NCBI GenBank assembly: GCA_020137815.1
Contig: CM035357.1
Coordinates: forward strand, 4,092,001 to 4,156,000
Direction of reading: 5' to 3'
Source: Hormiphora californensis
Taxonomy: Eukaryota > Animalia > Ctenophora
DNA: 64,000 bases
Part shown: in pieces, positions 11,000 to 27,791 of the stretch
Numbering within the stretch: the first letter of the stretch is position 1
Layout of the letters: every line of letters begins with the position of its first letter
Position numbers and translations under genes: made by a program
The notes under the pieces: generated by a model
What the model was told of the DNA's origin: nothing
The model's input: the letters and a program-made list of their open reading frames with translations, nothing else
Database searches by the model: none

Positions 11000-13822
11000 A
11001 TGACTAGTTTGGTTACCACTACCAGTACCAGTGTGCTGCTACTGCTGTGGTGTACCGTTGCACAAACAGACGGTAAGGGCGCGCACAGACTGTTCATGCG
11101 TGATCATTTCCATAAGTGGGCAAGATTTTGATCCAGTCACGCAGACTGTTCAAGCTTGATCATCTGATCAAGCTTGGACAGTAAAAACTAAAACTTATTC
11201 ATATCAAAGCAAAAACCACTGTACCCGACTAATTTTGATACTCTGAATCACGTAAGCTAGTTTTCAAATCCTTCGGAGGTCGGGAAAGTGTCCTAATTGG
11301 GCATAATTGGGTCTAATTGACCCCACTTACAACTTGTCACCTAGTAATGACGTGAGGGCACTTTTCCGACTAATTTTGATACGCTGAATCACATAAGCAA
11401 CTTTTCCAAGCCCCCAGATGTCGGGAAATGCCCTAATTGAGCAATTAAGGTCAATTAGATCCAATTATACTCAATTAGGACACTTTCCCGACCTCTGGGG
11501 GCGTGGAAAAGTTGTTTATGTGATTCAGCGTATCAAAATTAGTCGGAAAAGTGCCCTCACATAAGCGTCTATTATTTCCAGGTGACAAGTTTTAAGTGGG
11601 GTCAATTAGACCCAATTATGCCCAATTAGAACACTTTCCTGATCTCTGACGGATTTGAAAACTAGCTTACGTGATTCAGAGTACCAAAATTAGTCGGGTA
11701 CAGTGGTTTTTGCTTTGATATGAATAAGTTTCAGTTTTTACTGTCCAAGCTTGATCAGATGATCAAGCTTGAACAGTCTGCGTGACTTGATCAAAATCTT
11801 GTCCACTTATGGACATGATCACGCATGAACAGTCTGTGCGCGCCCTAAATATTTTTACTTTTTAGGGCACATTTCCAGTGATCAAAATAGAAAAACAACT
11901 TGTACTTTTTGTTTAGTCGGTCTCTTTTGCGTCAAATCTGGTTTGAAATCAAAACTCAATTCGTTTCGGTGTGTCATTTCAGATCTATTCGATGATGTTG
12001 TGTTTAGCGATTGGCAAGATGTGCCATCAGATCAATCCAAATACAACAACGATTTTACCGAGGATAAGGTTTTCCAGATTGAAACCAACAAAGCTGTTAA
12101 TTCTGATGGCATAAGGTAATATACTGAGAGAATGATTCACTGTCAGGCCAAGGCAGCGGGGGGGACTCAGGTTCTTCGTGCCAGCTGAGTTCTTCGAGCT
12201 CAGTCCCGTTGCCGTGGACCTGGTTGGCTGATGGTCCAGTGATTACGGTCAAATCACACCGGCTCTCTCCCCAATCTTGGGGAGTAAACTTTGCCAGAGA
12301 CTTGCCGAACTCAACTATGGCACCGAGCTCTTGCAGTGCGGCTGGTCCCTGCTGGGATTTGGTTCGGCGGTCGATTGATGGGCGGTTGGTTGACGATTGA
12401 TATCAGTCGTTGATCGATCGTTTGTCGGTCGGTCGTCGGGCTGAGTTTTAGTGGGGATCCCGGTTGAACTGATAATCTCACCCCCGCTATATACAGCACC
12501 CCCTGAGGGCTCTGCCCGTCGACCCGGCTCCACACCTACAACAAATCACCGAGCCTCAGACACGCACACCCCAAAACAAGGCAAGTGACAAACCTACAAA
12601 TCTGAAAGACCCTTTAGTAGTCAGGGAAAAGCCCATTACAGTTTGGGACACTTAAACAATGGTACCCTTATTCAAATAGCAGACACGCTTACACTGAGAC
12701 CCCTCGCATTAATTACGCGAAGCCTTGAGTGAACTGATACTGGTCAAATGCACTCAGGGACAACCATAGACGTTGTTTTACAGCAACTAATCTATAACCT
12801 GGCCACCCGGCGATGGCAACATCGCCTGACCGGACCCTTGGGTCGTACTTGTGAATACATTACTAGCTAGCTTAGACTACAAGACCCCTGGTGTAAAGAT
12901 AAGCATTTAATCCCTTGATAGGTAATCAATGATATCCGGCAAATCACCTACTTCCACAGTTGTCGTGACAGTGGTAACCAAAGACCATCCAATTGGAAGG
13001 TAAGTCCCATCACATGTCTGCGGGGAAAGATTTCTCCGTGCCAAACCCGACACAGACTCGCATGCTCCTTTTGCGGTACCACAAAGAGACTGCTGGGAAA
13101 CCAGTGGAATCTAAGTGGAATCATACCGACAGTGACCCTGCGTGTGGGGGTCATCTGGCAAGAAGTGAGGTCAGTAACGGGCCGGCTGAGGGGTCATCAA
13201 TAACCTCAGCATGGGGTGGAACGACGGGAGGTACCGAACACACACACACACACACTGTCAGGCCAATGCTCTGACCACAGTTCTCGCGCGCTCCGAGAAT
13301 GGGTCAGGCCAATGCTCTGACAGATGATTCATGTCACTACCTATAAGCAGCTAGTATTAAACGAGAAATAAACCAAATAATCTTCTACTAATCTTCCCTA
13401 GGTGGATGCTAGAGCTGGATGATCTTCAAGGCTACTGGTTAACGTTCACCAGCGCCGAAATTAATTTTGGAACATGCTCGCCAATGAAAACAGTGGGTAC
13501 AAAGTTTTTAGATTCTGCTGGGACCTTGTCTTTTCTTAAGACATCGACCGAACTAAGGTAAAATAATGATTATAATATCAGAAAGTTTGTGGCATATTAC
13601 CGATACTTTGTTCGATTATAAAACACACGATTCCTTGCAGGATCTGGTTTAATAAAGACCTAGAACTTGAATGGATGTTTTCCCCAAAGCTTACCGGAAT
13701 TCCATGCGATCTAGCTCACAAGAATCTAACTGGGATGCGATTTCAGAGGAACAGTGGTTCAGATGATACCATAACCAAAAAATACAGATACGAAGTGGGA
13801 AGAAAAGAGGCTCTGGTCACAA
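11000..13822 (+). CDS. Secreted protein with an unnamed, probably ctenophore-restricted domain (3' end uncertain)
   Basis: Phase-compatible GT-AG exons 11000-11072 (signal-peptide-like MTSLVTTTSTSVLLLLWCTVAQTD), 11983-12115, 13402-13557 and 13641-13822. They read ...SDWQDVP..VFQIET..IRWML..WLTFT..GTC..TLSFLKTSTELRIWFN..EWMF..C..GMRF..D..TKKYRY. Possible last exon 14128-14156. Confidence 0.7.
11077..11845. mobile_element. PIF/Harbinger (Tourist-like) foldback MITE
   Basis: Nearly the whole element is an inverted repeat. GGGCGCGC...GCGCGCCC termini, TAA TSD. Confidence 0.88.
12140..13323 (+). mobile_element. Composite: paired 23-bp-unit element (8-bp TSD ATGATTCA) containing a 1.1-kb insertion with a (CA)n tail
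   Basis: ATGATTCA at 12132-12139 and 13324-13331. CTGTCAGGCCAA is duplicated at 12140 and 13255. Confidence 0.75.
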
Positions 13823-14143
13823 GTAAGTTTGTTGAGTAACGGTAACCCACTCTATACTATTATTATTATTATTATACTACTTAACAAAGTAAGTTTGTAA
13901 TTTGTGTTGGTGAAAAATATTAAATGTGATCTAAAGTTGGGGTACTTTTGATTGCATACATTATATTATCACCCAATATGTATGTTGTTTTGATAACTAT
14001 GGCACGATCACCGACTCCAAAAGACTCTGACTGAACTTCCATGTTGATAGAAATTGGTGTTTCTACTTCCACTTCTAGTTCCACTATGTAATATTATAAT
14101 CGAACTATAATCACTGATCATCCGCAGAAAAGAACAACAACAA

Positions 14144-14196
14144 CCTTCCAATTTGATATCCAACTGATCAGATCAGTTGGATATCAAATTGGAAGG
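14144..14196. repeat. Perfect 53-bp hairpin
   Basis: ccttccaatttgatatccaactgatc-a-gatcagttggatatcaaattggaagg. Confidence 0.85.
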
Positions 14197-14665
14197 TGGA
14201 AGTAGACTGTAGAATGTCAATGAAAATTCTGATTTCTGCGGATGTCCTACATCTAAGAACCCCCTCAAGCCTGGCTGTATGTGGCCTTTGAGGGGGTGGT
14301 CAAACCTATTTCAGATGCTTCTGCAGAATGCTCCTGTAGAATGCTCCTGTAGAATACGTAAAGCCCTGTTAATCACAATGTGGATGGCCGATGATGAGAA
14401 TCGAAAACAGGAAGTAACGTATCTCGATTTTCCCTACCTCTCTCCATCTCTCTCTCCATCCATCTCTCCCCAGGATTTTCTCGGGTAGCTGCGTATTTTT
14501 AACCGCAACATCAACCGGCCCCTGATCGTTTGTTGATCGTCATATACCCCTATTATCGTCCTTGAGCGGCGGCGTGAGAGGGGAATTCCTCCTTTATCCA
14601 ATTACTGCCACTTAGAAAACACACGCCTCTCAGCTCCTTCCCTTAGAGAATAACAGAGGAAGAAT

Positions 14666-14859
<194 letters not shown>

Positions 14860-14972
14860 TGAATAGGTTCTATCAATATAATATCTCTCACCCCTTTCTT
14901 TCAATCTCACTCTCTCGAAGACCATTCAGATATATCTCTCTCCAACTCTCCCTCTCTCCCTCACTCTCTCCC

Positions 14973-15009
<37 letters not shown>

Positions 15010-15049
15010 TCCCACAGTATGGTAAACGCTTGAAGTGGTAGAAGGTCAG

Positions 15050-15110
15050 GATCACATGGCACGTACCACAAATCACGTGATCCAATAGAACGCGCAATCA
15101 CGTGATCCCA
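15050..15110 (+). promoter_or_regulatory. Putative proximal promoter of the homeobox gene (E-boxes plus CCAAT)
   Basis: Two ATCACGTGAT palindromes, a CCAAT and CACATG about 100-150 nt upstream of the ATG at 15206. Confidence 0.35.
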
Positions 15111-15205
15111 CCCCAGAGAGAGGGAGGGAGAGAGAGCAGCGGAGTTTTAATCTAACGCGTGCATCACCATTCACCTAGTTTCAGTTTTCACACTTTCCTT
15201 GAACT

Positions 15206-21712
<6,507 letters not shown>

Positions 21713-21920
21713 ATGTTACTATGTATTGTGCACAATGTGTCACATGTGACAATTTTAGATTATGAATATGTGTGAAAAGTTTAGTGTGCGTTGATCATGA
21801 ATTTTGTGAAATAATGTATTCTGTATTTTAGATGAAATCGGTGTCATTAATTCCGTAAAATTGGGATAAACGAAACAAGTTCGTTGAAACATTTACCTGC
21901 TGCAGTGGGGTTGGTATTTG

Positions 21921-23867
21921 TTAATTAACATCAGTGTTGTAGAGAATGCCACTAAAGTACATAACGGTCCCCAAAACTGACGCCAGAATTGGACCTAGCC
22001 AGTATGCCTGACGGGAAAAAGAAAAGTTTTGTTACCGCGGGCGAGGGGCCGGGGGGGGGGGCTTAAATCTTAAACTGCTGTCGCCTGTCAGGCCAATGAT
22101 CTGCAACGACTGAGAATAGGCAGGTTAATGCTCTGACAACAAAAGTGAAAGAAAGATTGATGTGAGACTAACCCAATAGTAGTCGGGAATGTAATCCAGG
22201 GCTATCATTGGTCCAAATGCCCGGGCAGGATTTACTGCTCCACCACTGTATGGCATCTGAGTCGGGAAGAAAGATGTTTGAACATGAAATGGCATACCTC
22301 GACACCTCGTCGTGGGAGGAAGGGACCTTATACAAGAGAGAGTTTATAATAGTATATACCCTGCTAACTTAAATAACCCGCCAGTCCCACTAGCGCGCTC
22401 TCAATAAACAGCCAGTCCAGCGGCAGATTATTTCCCACTGGCAGGTTATTTATTTTGAACATTCAAAGTGTGTGTAAATGATCAGTTCTTACTAAAATAC
22501 AGAGGGAACACTATGTGCAACACTTACACACTACATTGGAGAGAAAGAAAGGACACATTCCGTCAATTACTCTCTCTTTATCTCCCCTTTTGTCTCACTA
22601 TCTCTTCCTCTGTGTTATGTGTGACATGCCCCTTATCAGGCTATTTCTTTCACTCTCTTTCCTTAGCAACTGCTTAGTAACTGTTACCAAACAGTGTACA
22701 CTCAATTGTGAGGTGTTTTAACTATTTCTCAGTCCTCTTTGAGTGTTTTGATTAGTGTTCTCTCTCTTGTTGGTGTGTAATACTTGAAATAAACAACTAA
22801 AGCAGGGTATATAACCTATAAACTCTGACCACTGGCACGTTATAGGTTTAAACCCCTCCGCCTCTCCCTCGGCTCCGCCTCGGGATCGTCGTCGTGATTT
22901 AAACCAGTTTATCCGCCAGCGGCGGATAAACTTCAGCTAACTTCTCCCAGCGGCGCGCTGGGAGAAAGTTATCTGAAATAACGCGCCAGTGGCCAGAGTT
23001 TATACCTCATTTATTGGGATCTCTCTCTCTTTCTCTCTCTAGTAAGGGCTAAAATAAGGTGTGTAACTCACGCAAATAGAGGTGGCTATGAATATAGCTA
23101 GGGCAACATGATATGGTGCAGCATTTCGTCCGAATTTACAACACACAATGGGTAGGCATCCGACAAACTCTGCAAACATAATCCCAACCGGTGATTGACC
23201 TAAAAAGAAGGGTGTTATGGTGGTTATAGTTCCCACTTTCCGTGCGTACTATCCTGGGCTGTCAGAGCATTGGCATGACAGATCCTGGGGTAGGTGGCTA
23301 CTAGGTAGTCACCATGGATACAAAGAGATACTGTAATCGTAGGATTGAGTAACATGTGATGAAATACCTTCCGGTCTAAGTGTGAGTGTGAAGTGAAGAT
23401 TGTCAAGGGGTGAGAGGGTGGCCACTGCAAAACAAAACCCCGCTATCTGGGCCATGAATGAAGCAAAGCAGTAGACAACAGAGGAGTAACCAAGGAAGAG
23501 GGAAGTTAGGGAGAGAGCAGGGTTCAGATTTGATGTTCCCTTTCCTTCTATCATCTGTGAATGTGAAGATGTTGTGAAACTGAAATATCTTGTAGCTCAT
23601 AGCTGTGACAAAGTTTCTGACTGATTTGGGAAGTACAGTCAGACCCCGATTTACCGGGATGCTCGGGGAAAGGGATTTACCCGGTAAATCGGGGTCCGAA
23701 TGAACCTATATATTATTGCAAGAATATTAGAAAGATTTAATGTACCCTTCCATAGATGAGATATGGGATGCTGAAGCCCAGTGCAACCTCCAGAACGCCC
23801 AGATCACTTTCTCCACTCCCATGACGTATGGCACAGAACAGGCCAACCAGAGCAACTAGATACGTTC
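21921..23867 (-). CDS. Aquaporin (MIP family); 5' end and one junction unresolved
   Basis: Exons 23867-23746, 23554-about 23350 (NLNPA), about 23248-23072, 22256-22173 (SGGAVNPARAFGP) and 22007-21921 (YWLGPILAS). Two NPA motifs and an AEF motif. Confidence 0.9.
22339..23004. mobile_element. Non-autonomous element with a three-hairpin module (22817-23004) in an aquaporin intron
   Basis: Terminal IR tataaactctg(a/g)ccactggc(a/g)cgttat encloses three hairpins. An additional IR pairs 22339-22365 with 22801-22826. Confidence 0.6.
23259..23281 (-). mobile_element. Solo 23-bp palindromic micro-element with perfect 8-bp TSD
   Basis: atcctggg-CTGTCAGAGCATTGGCATGACAG-atcctggg. Confidence 0.85.
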
Positions 23868-24373
23868 CTGAGAAATGAGTGGAAGGTGTAATAGGCGAAT
23901 AGGGTGAAGGGATAAGGAAGGAATGTTTGGGCGTGCATAGTAAACATAAATCTGTATTAAAAAAGGCAGATGCTTGGTAGTCTTGGGTCAACATTTGCAC
24001 GTGCAGGTTTAGATATAGAGGTGGAGTGGGAGTGGGATGGGGAGCTCAGGGGTTTGCACGTGCAAATTGAGTTCTTGGGAAACATTTGCACGTGCAGTTC
24101 AATAGGAGCTCAGATAGGCTGGGAGGGGTTCAACCGGTGATGGTAGGGACGTGCACGTGTTGAGTTCTTTCTCGCATTCTCTCTTTCTCTGTGTCTCTGT
24201 AGTCTGTCTCTGTCTCCTCTCTCTCTCCAATCCTTCTAATCGTTGGGTAGGGGACTAGACCTCTCCGAGGTTGTATGCAATTGTGATATGATCCTTTTAA
24301 TCTTGGGGTAGGAGATACCATATATCCCTCTTAGGTTGTAGTGCAACTTTGTCATCTGATCCTTCTAATCTTG

Positions 24374-24570
24374 GGGTCAGCACAAACTTACACCAAAATT
24401 AAAATTTTGGAGCGGCCGTCAAAATGGTGTGCGAGAATTCTCACTCCCCCATTCTCACAGTAACAATCTCGCGCGTGCAATGCAACAGGCGTTCACATAA
24501 CTGAACGCCTGATGATTTTGACGGCCGTCAAAATTTTAATTTTGATTTTGGCGTAAGTGTGTGCTGACCC
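24374..24570. mobile_element. Harbinger-like MITE
   Basis: GGGTCAGCAC...GTGCTGACCC TIR of about 50 bp, flanks ttg/tta. Confidence 0.65.
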
Positions 24571-24742
24571 TTAGGGTAGGGGGATCTGATCTCTCTAATG
24601 TGATCCGATTCGGAGGTTGACCGGCCTCCAGAGGAATGTGTGTGACATGTGATCCATATGGACGGATCTGCATTGTATATACATATGTACAAATAGAAAA
24701 CACATTTTTGGAGAAATAATAAATTCAAAACATCATTATTCA

Positions 24743-25069
24743 TTAATTGACCTGCTTGCAAGAGCTCATCTGATCGTTCCACCCATCGGGCACACCTCCC
24801 TGCGCTCCCTCTTCTATAACAATGAAATCTCCAACGAAGTCATAATGTTTGAAGCACTTCCAATTTCCGCACGATGCCCAATAAGAGGAGACCTGGTCGT
24901 TGAACTCCATCTCCCCGCTAACACCACCTAGACGAGGGGTGTCCTCGGTCAGGATCCTGAAATCTCCATTGTAGCCGTAGTGCCGGAACAAAACAAGGGT
25001 TTTCAGGGGGCAGTCACAGTGGACAACAGTCACCAGGAGAGTTGCACAGAGGACAATTAACAGCTTCAT
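24743..25069 (-). CDS. Secreted single-domain beta/gamma-crystallin
   Basis: Intronless 108 aa. Signal peptide MKLLIVLCATLLVTVVHC. Two Greek keys (LFRHYGYNG...NDQVSS and FKHYDFVG...NDQMSS). TATAAA about 50 nt upstream. Confidence 0.88.
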   Translation of the reverse strand: MKLLIVLCATLLVTVVHCDCPLKTLVLFRHYGYNGDFRILTEDTPRLGGVSGEMEFNDQVSSYWASCGNWKCFKHYDFVGDFIVIEEGAQGGVPDGWNDQMSSCKQVN

Positions 25070-25399
25070 GTTGAGTATGATAATGTGTGTTCCTTCAGAG
25101 TCGGAAGGTTGGTGTTTATAAAGGAGCAGGAGCTAATGATATGTACCTCACTGAAATGTGTGAACCTATGGATTCCCGTCAACCCTCCCCCAACTAAATT
25201 TAAGCAGCTCATTTTGCGGAAAAATTGATCTTTAGCAGCTAGTAGAGTACTCAAAGATGCTCAAACAAGAATTATTGAATTATGTATTCATAATGCGGTG
25301 TTTCCCTGCCCCAGATGGGTGTAAAATTGATGACTAAGCTTCAAAACTGGATTTCCCGATGAATTTTGCACTCAAAGAGCAATTTTTGCCAGATACGAT

Positions 25400-25975
25400 G
25401 TTAGTTGCTATGGTATCCAGGGTGGTTGCTATGGTATTCAAAGCAGTTGCTATGGTAACCAAGGCAGTTGCTATGATAACCAAGACAGTTACTTAGGAGA
25501 CCCTAGTTGGTTACCAAGTGCTTCAACTTTATATTACCCTCATCTTAACTCCAGTCGCTTACAATTATTGTGTGATAGTAGTTTCATGCTTAGAAGACTT
25601 GCTATCACGTCATGGTACGGCTGTAGGGTACCCAAAGTGATTTCAGGTGAAAGTAGGAAGTGTTATGAGTGAGTAATTGCGCGCCACAATGCGTGTTAAT
25701 CATTTCCTTTGTTGCATCAACAAAGTGTGAGCTGAAAGTTTTATGAAGGAGCAGACTTTGTTACTATGCGTAACGGTGGACGGACAGACGGACATTTAGT
25801 TAACTCCACGATCTGCTGATTTCTAAACCCTGAATGATCTTTTTAGCACGTGCGTGCTAAAAACATCATCCCGGGTGAATGCCCTTCGGGCATTCACTGT
25901 ATGGCGGCGCCATACCCCATTTGACAGTGCGCTCAGATGGGTCGCGGCGCCAGACAGGGCATTCACCCGGGCAGG
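25400..25975 (-). mobile_element. Possible Helentron/DINE-like non-autonomous repeat
   Basis: gttgctatgg short repeats, (GACG/GACA)n tract and terminal hairpins. Related hairpins at 43410-43475 and 55060-55130. Confidence 0.35.
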
Positions 25976-26107
25976 GAAAAAATATTTACTATCCGAGCTT
26001 TTCAGGACAAATGATTGGTCAGTATTTGTTCAATGAGGTTATACAGAGTACTCCGCAATCAAAGAAGGCAGTAGGGGAGCCACAGGTAATATGGGAAATT
26101 TGGTAAA

Positions 26108-27535
26108 ATGGGAAATCACTCCTTCCTATCCTCCCTTCTCAAACCCTTGGCTGCCTCCTCCCTCCGTCTCAAGGACTCTACAGACCTAGTCAACCGCCTC
26201 CGCTCCAGCCAATCTCCCTCTTTTCCCTACTACTTCTCTCTGGATGTGGTCTCCTTGTACACAAACTGTGACATGAGGGCTGCAGTGGACTCCACTATCA
26301 GACGTCTTGAGGAAACTCCTGATATCCTTCCTACTCCCCTCACTCCCTCTACTATCCGCTCTCTCTTGGACTTCTGCCTCGACAACGCCTACTTCGAGTT
26401 CAACGGAAACTTCTACGCTCAACGTACCGGAGGAGCGATGGGTTCTCCCCTCACCGTTATCCTGGCTGAGATTCGTGTTACGGAACAGGAACAACACGCT
26501 CTCAAGTCCTTCTCCGACCCACTGGGATCTTGGAACCACTTCGTTGACGACGCCATAGGAGCTGCCAGGGATTATGATCACGCCGAGTCTTTCTTCTCCT
26601 ACATCAACTCCCTTGCTCCAGATCTCAAGTACACCATCGAGCACCCTAAGGATGGACTTCTCCCCTATCTTGACGTCCTTCTCCATCCCGACCTCTCTAC
26701 CTCTGTCTACCGGAAACCTACACATACCAACCTCTATCTCAAGTACAACTCCTCTACTCCTGCCTCTACACGCCGCTCTGTTATCCAATCCTTAACCCGT
26801 CGGGCCTACAACATCTGTTCTCCCCAACATCTCGAAGAGGAACTCGACACAGTCTACAACATCTGTCTCTGCAATGGATTTCCTCCCTACGAGATCTCCA
26901 CTCTGATGTCTACTGTTCGGGACCGCCTTCTACACCCCAAACCGTCAAAATCCCGTCCTCCTTCTTCCTTCGTCCACCGTGTAGTCCTACCCTATCACCC
27001 GGACCTCTCCTCTCGACTCAAACGGACCCTCAACCGCTACAACATAGACGTCACCTTCTCTTCCTCTTCTACCCTACGGAACATCCTCACCCAGACCAAA
27101 TCTTCGCCTCCTTCTGATAGTACTCCCAACTCCATCTACTCCATTCCCTGCCGCGACTGCCCATCTTTCTACGTTGGCCAGACCAAGCGACCAGTGAAAA
27201 CCCGGATTAAGGAACACGAATCAAACTTCTACAACAACTCCCTCTACAACACCGATGGGAAGATGAAATCTGCTCCTGCTATCCACGCTCGGGAATCTGG
27301 ACACACCATGGACTGGAATTCTACCTCTATCCTCTCCTCTTCTTCCTCCTGCCTCAGTCTAAATCTACTGGAACAAGCGGCTATTCACACTCTTCAACCG
27401 GCGATTAACCGAACAGATAAAGTTCCTACTGTCAACCTCCAATGGACTCACCTTCTCCCCAGGATTGCTAACTCCTTCAAACCCCGTCCTGCTGGCATCT
27501 CCATCAAACCTAGATCTCCCAAACCTGTTTCCTAA
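26108..27535 (+). CDS. Penelope-like reverse transcriptase (N-truncated) plus GIY-YIG endonuclease
   Basis: SLDVVSLYTN, GGAMGSPL, FVDD, VYRKPTHTNLYL, SIYSIPCRDCPSFYVGQTKR..RIKEH. Confidence 0.93.
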   Translation: MGNHSFLSSLLKPLAASSLRLKDSTDLVNRLRSSQSPSFPYYFSLDVVSLYTNCDMRAAVDSTIRRLEETPDILPTPLTPSTIRSLLDFCLDNAYFEFNGNFYAQRTGGAMGSPLTVILAEIRVTEQEQHALKSFSDPLGSWNHFVDDAIGAARDYDHAESFFSYINSLAPDLKYTIEHPKDGLLPYLDVLLHPDLSTSVYRKPTHTNLYLKYNSSTPASTRRSVIQSLTRRAYNICSPQHLEEELDTVYNICLCNGFPPYEISTLMSTVRDRLLHPKPSKSRPPSSFVHRVVLPYHPDLSSRLKRTLNRYNIDVTFSSSSTLRNILTQTKSSPPSDSTPNSIYSIPCRDCPSFYVGQTKRPVKTRIKEHESNFYNNSLYNTDGKMKSAPAIHARESGHTMDWNSTSILSSSSSCLSLNLLEQAAIHTLQPAINRTDKVPTVNLQWTHLLPRIANSFKPRPAGISIKPRSPKPVS

Positions 27536-27791
27536 TTCTCTTCAGCTCGGATCACCTCTTCCCCCTTCCCGTGGATCACCTCCCCCATCCCCTCCTCTCG
27601 GATCGCATCTTCCTTCTCGGATCTCATCCCTTCCTCTCTCCTCCCCTCCCCGGATCCCATATCCTCTTCTCCACTACATAAACACTTTCATTTTCATTGT
27701 TGTTATAGCTGAAGACGTCTGACATAGATCAGTCGAAAGCTCCTGTTCTTAATTGAATATTAGTACTGCAAAATCGTTGTTTCTCTTTAAT
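26118..27791 (+). mobile_element. 5'-truncated Penelope-like retroelement
   Basis: 9-bp duplication TGGGAAATC at 26109-26117 and 27792-27800. RT plus GIY-YIG ORF and a 3' hammerhead. Confidence 0.92.
27705..27746 (+). ncRNA. Minimal type I hammerhead ribozyme motif
   Basis: ATAG-CTGAAGA-C-stem II (GTCTGA..TCAGTC)-GAA-AGCT-C-CTGT. Palindromic AGCT helix III as in Penelope hammerheads. Confidence 0.75.

Noticed and set aside
12152-12240. HDV-like ribozyme (GGT-TCTTCGT-GCC resembles P3/L3)
   Set aside because: P1 and P2 pairings could not be built in the required order.
26186-26788. 200-aa antisense ORF
   Set aside because: Shadow of the Penelope RT frame.
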